Assembly (NCBI GenBank): GCA_002269645.1
Contig: NIVC01001404.1
Location: 1-37,823, forward strand
Source: Macrostomum lignano
Taxonomy: Eukaryota
Reading direction: 5' to 3'
DNA: 37,823 nt
Positions 29,301 to 37,823 of this stretch are shown here, piece after piece (the stretch's first letter is position 1; each line of letters starts with the position of its first letter). Under the pieces are notes generated by a model. It worked only from the letters and a program-made list of their open reading frames with translations. It was not told where the DNA came from and ran no database searches. Made by a program: the position numbers and the translations under genes.

Positions 29301-32300
29301 AAAGGGCTAGCCCTGATTGTAAAATTAACCTATACGCCGACGACAGCTCACTGTTAGCCACCAGCAGGAAGCTAACGGACTGCGCCGACATCCTGCAACC
29401 AGCCATTGTTGCGGCCGCCGAATGGTGTAAGCGGTGGAAGGTCACCCTCAGCACCGAGAAATGCATCTACTCGACCTTCACTCTCTCGCCACAAGAGAAC
29501 AACGGCAAAGTCCGACTCAACCTGCACATTAACGGAGCCGAACTTAAATACGATCCGCACCCCGACTCCTAGGCCTGACCCTTGACGATCAGCTAACCTT
29601 CAACAAGCATGGAGCCGAGGTAAAGGCCCGCATGGCCCGGCGCAGAGGCGCACTCACGGCCATTGCCCACCGCAACAGTGGAGCGGACCAAAACATCCTC
29701 CGCTCGGCCTATATCACCACTATCAGAGCGTGTGCAGACTACGGAAGCGGTATATGGCTAACCGGAGCAGCGCCTAGCACGCGACGCATGATCGAACAAC
29801 AGCAGTCGATATGCGCGCGGATGATCACAGGCTGCTGCAGTACTACCCGCAACGAGACCACGCTCAACATCGCCAGGCTCCCCCCGATCGGCTCGATCGC
29901 CATAGAACGCGCGGCAATGCTTCGCGAGCGCATTCTTCGTCTCCCGCCGGACTGCCCGGCAGTGGATACCGCCGCCCGCTCGACGAGAGCCCGCCTAAAA
30001 AACCGAAGCTATGACCCGCAAGACGAACCGGGAAGCGGAATAGGAGCCCGAGACCGAGAACGGCCACACCGCGGATGCTGGAGGAGGGCCGCACGAGAAC
30101 TCCCTGTTGTAGCGACGCTCGATGAAATGGCGCGCGAGCAGATCATCATCGCCGCCCCCTGGGAAAGCGACACCAGCGCGGAAGTTATCTTCGACACAAC
30201 GGCGAGTATGGTCAACCGCAAAGCCCCGGCAGAAGAACGCGCCAGAGCGGCCGACGCGGTCCTCAGAGCGGCCCAAGAGCTCGAGATCACGGCCTGGACG
30301 GACGGCTCCGCCAACGAAGGCTGCACCCACGGAGGGGGAGCGGCCGTGATCCACTACAATGGTACCACTACTGAGCACCTAGCACCGGCCGGGACATACT
30401 GCAGCAGCTACCAAGCAGAAATGACTGCTATCGCAACCGCCCTTCGTGCCTCGTTGGAGCTACACGCCGCCGCCAACAGTATAGCCATCCTCACAGACAG
30501 CCTCAGCGCCCTGTCGGCACTGGCCCGCGGCCCGGCCGGCCAGCGTAATGCTGCCGGGCATGCCTGCTGGGACACCATCGCGAGAGCCACCTACTCCAAG
30601 GTCTACTTCGGATGGGTACCTGGCCACTGCCAGATTGCCGGCAACGAAGCGGCCGACAGAGCGGCGGCTATGGCAGCTACCCTTCCGCAGAGCGAAGCAG
30701 CCATCACGTTAGACTCCGCGAGGGCTGCTATCCGCCGCGATCGCCGACGCCGCGACGCAGAGCCTACCAACCAGCCGTCACCCACCGACACCACCCGCAA
30801 TCGACGCGAGCAGGTGTTGGTTAATCAACTCAGAGCGGGCGTCTCCACCATCTGCGCCGCCACCCGCCAACGTCTTGGTCTCCAAGAGGACGACAAGTGT
30901 AGTGACTGCGGCGCGGTGGACACGGCCGACCACCTCCTCCGCCGCTGCCCAAGAGGTGACGCCGCCAGAGCCCGCTACTTCGGCGTCGAGGACCCCCTAT
31001 CGGCGCCGACAGGCCGGATCATCGCGTTCGTACGTGCTGTGGGGCGCCTGAGCCCCCGCCAATATTGACGCCGAAGCGTCAACGGCGTGCCGGGAAACAG
31101 AAGAAGAAGAAGAAGAAGCCTTCGCCACTTCAACTGCAACGTTCGACTGACTCCACATCCGACTACTAACTAATGCCAAGGCCGGCAGCAATCCGCTCGT
31201 CGCTCCACGCTCCAGACTTAGGCGGCAATTGCACAGGTGCTGCTGATCCAGCAACAGCGGCTGCAAGATTTCACCAAGCCATTCTACTAATTCGCGTTGC
31301 ACTGATTTGCAATGCTCGCCTCATTCGCTTAAAATTCTCAACAAAATACAGCTCCACCATTTATGCGTGTATGAAGTAACCTTATCCCGAACCTCAATGT
31401 ATGTATGGAGGTTAGGATTAGGGTTAGAAACGGCCTTTCTTTATCGCATCGACCACTCTGTCATTATCGACGTTAATACATTTGAAGCACTTCGATGCTT
31501 TGCTCTCAGCAAGTCACGAGCCCTCGACTCATGCTAACCCAACGCCAACGAGCTGCCAAGGTCTGCCCGTGTCCTTCAATCCAACTGTGCCAACGCCCAG
31601 GAGAAGAAAAATGCTCCTCTCGGCGCCTCCTTTCTATCCACTGCGGCTTTGCATCCGATCTAGACAGGTTATCGAGAACTAAAAAAAACGTTTTTCTTCT
31701 GGCCACAAGCCAGCCGTCTGTCAGAACCGTCTGTACATGTAGATTGTAGACGATCTATAAAGTCGTACCCTGCTTGAACTCCAGTCAAAGATCACGCTGC
31801 CATGGATTTGTCCCAGCTTCAGTGCCATCTGGATTTCAAGGTTAAGACACTACAAGCTGCCTGGAACGCGTCAACCAAACGTGATACCGGCCTGAGCATC
31901 ATCATACCGGCTGCAAACACAACCAAGTACGTACTACCACTTTGCAATGGAAAGATTGTTTGTCGACGCTTCCACCACGAGCGTCCCACTTCTGCCAACC
32001 GCCCTACTAACCCTTGTGTGGAAGATGTGGGACCTTATTGGGACACCACCGACTACCGCATCGCCCTCAAGACACCTCACCTACCACGACGTGACGAGCC
32101 GATCCGCACCAAGTTATGTCGAAGTGTCAACACCCTCTAAGGCATACTCATCGCTTGACTCCCCTTGAAAGACTTTTAAAGACTTCCTTGACTATTATAG
32201 CAGTTATCGTTTAGCCCACTTTTCATGTGAGCTTATGGGACTCTTGAAACTATCGTGACAAAGGAAGAACGATACAAGCGTAAGCTCCAACGACGGGAAG

Positions 32301-34177
32301 CAACCGCGACAGCAACCTCGCTCTCCAAGCAAATATAAGCCAGAAGCGAGAGCTCTTTTTCCTTACTACAACATGCGCACATAACATACGAGTACTTTGA
32401 TATAATCTGTAGTTCATCATCAACTCGAAAGGTGGAAACACGTTCAAGTGAAAGCATTAGAGGAGCGAACGTACGAGCCTACTGCGATCATTCGATAATT
32501 GCACTTTAATTCAATGAAATATGATTGTATTGCTATTCGGGAGATAATTGATTGCGCACATACAAGATTTTCATTTTTAGTATATAGGAAATCAGTATCT
32601 TTCTAATCCGATTTTGCCAATGCTAAAGCTACAGTGTAAACATCTTTTCATGCTATTTCTTGTATTTTTTATCACTCGTACCTCGCCTAAATTTAGCTCG
32701 CAACATAACAATAGTGGGGCTTGTAATTGCGACTAACTGCACATCATGTAGGCAACTATTGTTCTGTCTGACAAATATAATGCTCAGCTTGCTACTTTGC
32801 TCGATCTCCTCTCATCTTGACCTATGATCAGGGTGAGTCACGTGGTCGACCCAGAGTTCGTGTTGGTGCCCTACCATCTCAGGGAAAAAGGATCTCGAGC
32901 GAAAATCTTCTGCGTAGCCGCTGGCAACAATATTTACGTGGTCGGCGGCATCTGGGCCTTAAATATACAGCGAAAGGTGCTGCGCTTCGACCGCCAGGAG
33001 CCCCAGCTGGGCTGGAGAGTGTGCTCGCAGCTCAACGAGGCTCGAATTGGTCACTGCTGCGCAGTGGTGCAGGGCTACCTCTACGCAATCGGAGGATGCA
33101 GTAGTAATCAAACCGAACTAGCAAGCGTCGAGAGATTCCCTATTGATAAAAACTCGAACAGATGGTCCCTGGTGGAGCAGATGCTGTATATGCGAAAGGA
33201 CGCCGCGGCGGTGGAGCATCGAGGACGCGTATTTGTCGTTGGCGGCATCGCCGGCCTGGAAAAGCATGACACGGCCGAGATCTACTGTCCGATGAGCAAC
33301 GCGTGGACGCTCGTGCCCTCCAGAATGTCAAAGCCGCGCTGCCTACTGGGCGCTGTTGTGATTGGCCAGTCTGTGTACGTGGTGGGCGGCAAGTACCACT
33401 CCGAATGCTTGCGGTCGGTCGAGCGCTGGCAGGAGGGCAGCGGCTGGCATCGACTCAGTCAAAAGGTGCGCCTATTGCAGAGGGAGTCCCCATTAAAACG
33501 CGAATAGCATAAACTTAGCGAAAGAAAGATTAAGGGCAGTAAACCAAGCGTACAAGTCATTTTACCTAAACTGTCGTATATTGTTTGTTACGCGCACTGA
33601 GTCCTTTCTGGCCGGCGTCCTTGCTGGCAAGCCTCCAAGATCTGGGGCTCCAGGACGCTGATGCACCAGTCACCTTGAGCTATATGTAGGTGCCTGGAAG
33701 CCTACTGTCTGTAAGCCTCTTCTTGACGGCATCTTGATCTGCGTCACGGCCTCAGGCTGAAACTGGGTTTCCCAGTTTACCACCTGTAACTACCTGACTG
33801 GGTTAGATTTTAGGTTACGGTTTAGCTTGAGACTAAGGTTGGAAGTCAATTTTTGACTGTGAAATTTAGATAGGCAAAGTTAGTGTACCTGGCCCTTCAA
33901 GCTGAATTCCGAACGTTTATCCCTGACACAGATGAACCGAGACATTTGCTCATTGGGCTGCGTGGCCGTCGATGAGAGAATTCTCATGTTCGGCGGGCTC
34001 GATTCTTTCAATACCAAAATAGACCGCATCAACTTCTTGGACATCGAGGACGCAGCTGCCGGCTCTGGCAAGCTGTTGGATGCGCGCCGGAAGGCGCTGA
34101 AGCAGCGCTTTTCAGACCAGCTGATCCCCGGAGATGTGCAGGGACTGTCGGCCTGCGTTCTGGACTTTGACTTTTAG
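26328..34177 (+). CDS. BTB-BACK-Kelch protein, paralog 2, with an N-terminal 21-aa repeat region; exons 26328-27418, 27607-28000, 28089-28495, 32832-33465, 33932-34177
   Basis: Phase-compatible GT-AG junctions. BTB ITVENYLEIFLASDFLGC, BACK LQRLEVDELEYLLKHDMLNCKIELDVLRIIDRW...LMCCVR, Kelch repeats IYVVGG, LYAIGG, VFVVGG, VYVVGG, ILMFGG. Aligns with paralog 1. Confidence 0.88.
26427..26948 (+). repeat. Coding 63-bp tandem repeat: (EQEPASHGVITESAPDNLNAS)x8 plus a partial unit
   Basis: Visible in both the DNA and the translation of ORF 26328..27422. Confidence 0.97.
28920..31118 (+). mobile_element. 5'-truncated non-LTR retrotransposon (I-group-like) encoding RT + RNase H + CCHC, with a (GAA)n tail and TSD; lies in intron 3 of Kelch paralog 2
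   Basis: RT motifs EQAGFRQGRST, LLDFSKAYDRV, GFPQGSVIAP, YADD. RNase H motifs WTDGS, YQAEM, TDSLS, WVPGH..GNEAAD. CSDC...H...C finger; stop at 31068; GAA repeats 31100-31118. (AG)CCTTCGCCAC is duplicated at 28908-28919 and 31117-31128. One frameshift in a C run near 29562. Confidence 0.95.
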
Positions 34178-34458
34178 GCTGGTCAAACAGTGCCGAACGT
34201 TTTTGATGCGATAATTTTATATATTTTGTTTTAATATTGCTTTTCAACGGACACCGAGTGCATCTGGCATTTTGTACTGTACTGTAATGCCAAATATTAT
34301 TCAAGTGTATTATAGGCTTCCAAAATTATAAATGTAGACTGGGTCTTCCAGGCTAACCTTCCGAGCAAAAGGGATTTTATGTGCAATAAGAAATTATAAT
34401 GTATTAAAAAATCAGCCTACATCAAGTTATGTGCGTATGCGTTTGCAAGCTCAATACC

Positions 34459-34668
34459 TGAGTCTGCTTGCCTACCCTCTTGAGTCTGCTTGCCTACCCT
34501 CTTGAGTCTACTTGCGTACCTACTCTCTTGAGTCTGCTTGCCTACCCTCTTGAGTCTGCTTGCCTACCCTCTTGAGTCTGCTTGCCTACCCTCTTGAGTC
34601 TGCTTGCCTACCCTCTTGAGTCTGCTTGCCTACTCTCTTGAGTCTGCTTGCCTACCCTCTTGAATCTG
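34459..34668. repeat. 22-bp minisatellite (TGAGTCTGCTTGCCTACCCTCT)n, ~9 copies
   Basis: Directly visible. Confidence 0.95.
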
Positions 34669-35592
34669 CATTCCTATTCTTCTCTCTCACTCAGGACCAC
34701 CATGGTATATCGGGACGTAAAGCTCAAAGATCGAGGAATTAATGCAGCGGCCGATTTCCTGGGGAAATACACTGCGAAGATGTAAGAAAACATTTTTTCA
34801 TCACATAATCCGTGATTGCATTTGATCTGGGGCCAGTGAATATTTTGCTGTTCTATTAATTTTAGCATGCACAGCGTGTTACTCTGTTATTTTTATGTAG
34901 CTGTTTAGTAAAAGCTTCATTTTCATATTGTTTTGCTTTTACTTCATAATAAGCCAAAAGTTGTACGCAGTAAATATGCATGCATGCATCTAGGAACTAA
35001 TAAGTGTTGAAATGGAATTATAGCCACAAAAATGGTTTTACAGTGCCCTGAATGCAATATTTTTATTCTAAATATTCTTGATTGAAGAAGGAATAAAAGA
35101 TTGTGATAATTCCTTCCACTTTGTGAGTATTCACAGCAATCACTGATTATATGATGAAACATGGCCTCCAAAACTAACGCGGGAAATAATTGGCAATAAA
35201 AACGATTGCCTCACTACTGCCAGTAAGTTCAGTCAGGAGATATAAAGTTCTTTGGGGCGCCGTTCTTTTTATAACGGGGATTATATCCGATAAAAATCAG
35301 AATCTGGGTTCAAATTCTGCTAATAAAATCTGCTGGATAAGCGAACAGAACTGAGCCGTGTCCTGGTTGTCTAACTAGACCAGTGCTGCATTATAATTAG
35401 TTACTTTCGGCTCGTCTGCTTCTCTCTCTCTCTCTCTCTGTGTATCAAACCAAAGGTGAAAAAAGTAAAGTTGCGCCTACTTTCAAGCTTAAAGGCTGCA
35501 CTAACAATGACGAATCTCTGGTGCATCATACTCTCTTACCCCTGCCTCATCTCATGCCTCACCTCTGCCTCTGTCTATTCTCCTTGAACTTT

Positions 35593-35828
35593 TGTCTACT
35601 CTCCCTCTCTTCACTCTGTCTACTCTCCCTCTCTTCACTGTGTCTAGTTTCCAACCCTTCACTCTACTCTCCCTCTCTTCACTGTGTCTACTCTCCCTCT
35701 CTTCACTGTGTCTACTCTCCCTCTCTTCACTGTGTCTACTCTCCCTCTCTTCACTGTGTCTACTCTCCCTCTCTTCACTGTGTCTACTCTCCCTCTCTTC
35801 ACTGTGTCTACTTCTCCCTCTCTTCACT
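35593..35828. repeat. 24-bp pyrimidine-rich minisatellite (CTACTCTCCCTCTCTTCACTGTGT)n, ~9 copies
   Basis: Directly visible; it explains the overlapping repetitive ORFs at 35440-36266. Confidence 0.95.
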
Positions 35829-36445
35829 CCACTCTCCATCTCTTTACCCCGCCTGCCCGCACCGCGCGCTGTCCCGACATCCCGGCACTTGACTCTCCCA
35901 TTTCTGCTGCATGTTACCCACAGGTCACTCGAGACGGGCACGGCGTGGAATCTCTACCTGCACAAATGCCGGCTGTCCACTGCTTCCCGCCCTCTTCCCT
36001 CTCTTACCTGTCTGTTACCCGCAAGTAGGAGAAGTCGCAGGCCTGCACAAGAAAGCAGTTCCCACTGCAACCTGTCCGAAAGAGAAAAAATTCTAAAAGC
36101 CAAGACAAATCTTCCGGCCCTCTTGAGAGCAAATGCAGCTCAGACTGCAAGAAAGAGCACTCAAAGCCGCTGCTTGCACACTGTAATCTGCAGCGGACAA
36201 GAGTACTTGAGTACTTACGAGCCTGTATTGCCTGCCTCCTGGCACACAAAGAAGGACACGCGGTGAAAAAACACCGGAGACGTTGATTTCTCCACTCAGC
36301 TCAAGTCTGATTTTCCACCGGCTCGGGACCGCTAGCAATGCTAAAAGGCATTGTTCGACCCGGAAATTGCATGCCCAGCCGCCTGAGTCTCTCAAAAAGA
36401 AAGATGCTTATCTCTCTCATCTGTGACTGATCACTGCTTGGGGAC

Positions 36446-37154
36446 TGAGTCTGCACCCCATCACTCCCAGTCTCCGCCCCTCTATCAACTGAGCTCATTC
36501 TAAGTCTGCGCCTCATCACTCCCAGTCTCCGCCCCTCTATCAACTGAGCTCATTCTGCATTCTAGTCTGCGCCTCATCACTCCCAGTCTCCGCCCCTCCT
36601 TGAGCCGAGCTCATTCTGAGTCTTCGCCTCATCATTCCCAGTCTCCGCCCCTTTATGAACTGAGCTCAATCTTGGTCTTCGCCTCATCATTCCCAGTCTC
36701 CGCCCATCTGTGAGCTGAGCTCATTCTTAGTCTTCGCCTCATCATTCCCAGTCTCTGCCCCTCTGTGAGCTGAGCTCATTCTGAGTCTGCGCCTCATCAT
36801 TCCCTGTCTCCGCCCCTCTGTGAACTGAGCTCAATTTGAGTCTGCGCCTCATCATTCCCTGTCTCCGCCCCTCTGTGAACTGAGCTCATTCTTAGTCTTC
36901 GCCTCATCATTCCCTGTCTCCGCCCCTCTGTGAACTGAGCTCATTCTTAGTCTTCGCTCATCATTCCCTGTCTCCGCCCCTCTGTGAACTGAGCTCAATT
37001 TGAGTCTGCGCCTCATCATTCCCTGTCTCCGCCCCTCTGTGAACTGAGCTCATTCTTAGTCTTCGCCTCATCATTCCAGTCTCTGCCCCTCTGTGAACTG
37101 AGCTCATTCTTAGTCTGCGACTCATCACTCCCAGTCTCCGCCCCTCTCTGAGCT
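36446..37154. repeat. ~55-bp minisatellite, ~13 copies
   Basis: Unit GAGCTCATTCTTAGTCTTCGCCTCATCATTCCCTGTCTCCGCCCCTCTGTGAACT, with diverged left-end copies. Confidence 0.95.
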
Positions 37155-37650
37155 TGTAGGTCAGTATCCCGCCCCCTCAGTCTGAGAAGCAGCCCTAGAG
37201 CTCAGATGCAATCAGTTGAGTAGGGAGGGGGGCGGTCATTCAGCCATCTTTTCAAGGCTGTTTCTCATCCCGCTCCCCTTCCACAGCAGGCCCAAAGCAT
37301 ATCGGCATGTTTGATGAAAGCAACCTTTGCTGCACATCAGCTTAACATAAATACCGGAGCCTGTTGTGGCCTTGCAGCCCCTCATTGGCTTCAATGAGTT
37401 GGTACGGGCGTAGCTTTAACTGACAGGCGTGTGAGGGGAGAGGTTGGCGGGATTAAGCAGATTTACGCAGATCAAGTCTTGGCTTTTTTCACGGGTCTGA
37501 AAACTGGACGAGTTCCTGAGAGCAGTGATTTGCGATGCCCCGCGCATGATCAGCGGTGTTGCATTTTTGTGCGAGGCTGAGGGCGCGGAGTTGGCCCCCA
37601 AATTACCACTCGTGCCTTCTGCTCAGTTACTGGTTAGGGCGCGGCAGAGG

Positions 37651-37657
37651 CAAACAA

Positions 37658-37724
<67 letters not shown>
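37651..37724. repeat. (CAGA)n microsatellite
   Basis: Directly visible. Confidence 0.95.
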
Positions 37725-37823
37725 CGCACGCACATAAACAAGCTGTTTACGAAAGTAAAATGAAAGTAGGTTAATCTTCAATTCTGGCAGCAACTGCGAG
37801 TCTTTCATCACTGCTCCGCACAG

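Noticed and set aside
31130-32230. Possible older transposon remnant hosting the LINE (ORF 31802..32140; CGRCG-like patch)
   Set aside because: No catalytic motif or termini that I can identify by eye; needs a Dfam or tBLASTx search.
35900-37620. Possible minus-strand exons around the 55-bp and CAGA repeats
   Set aside because: Some donor- and acceptor-like sites exist, but I could not build a phase-consistent, recognisable protein.

Overview
Eukaryotic (metazoan) genomic DNA with GT-AG spliced genes, GC-rich exons and very large (GATA)n arrays. The style suggests a free-living flatworm such as Macrostomum, but that is a guess. From left to right: the 3' part of a SAXO/FAM154-like gene; a small signal-peptide plus single-TM gene; an unrecognised multi-exon gene; an intronless secreted LamG/ConA-like gene (-); two divergent BTB-BACK-Kelch paralogs (+), each preceded by a decayed fragment of itself; and a full-length but lesioned ionotropic glutamate receptor gene (-). 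Mobile DNA: a ~1.1 kb foldback element, a tRNA-derived CORE-SINE, a 5'-truncated Penelope-like element carrying a hammerhead-ribozyme-like motif and a 12-bp flanking direct repeat, and a young RT+RNase H LINE with a TSD inside a Kelch intron. Many minisatellites are present. Most frameshifts look like single missing bases, often in short homopolymers, consistent with long-read consensus error, so pseudogene calls are provisional. Best leads: the hammerhead-like motif, the iGluR with two conserved Trp codons read as TGA, three introns whose GATA array ends just before the 3' splice site, and the Kelch birth-and-death cluster. I see no firm evidence for a wholly new multi-gene system. All exon coordinates and translations were derived by hand.
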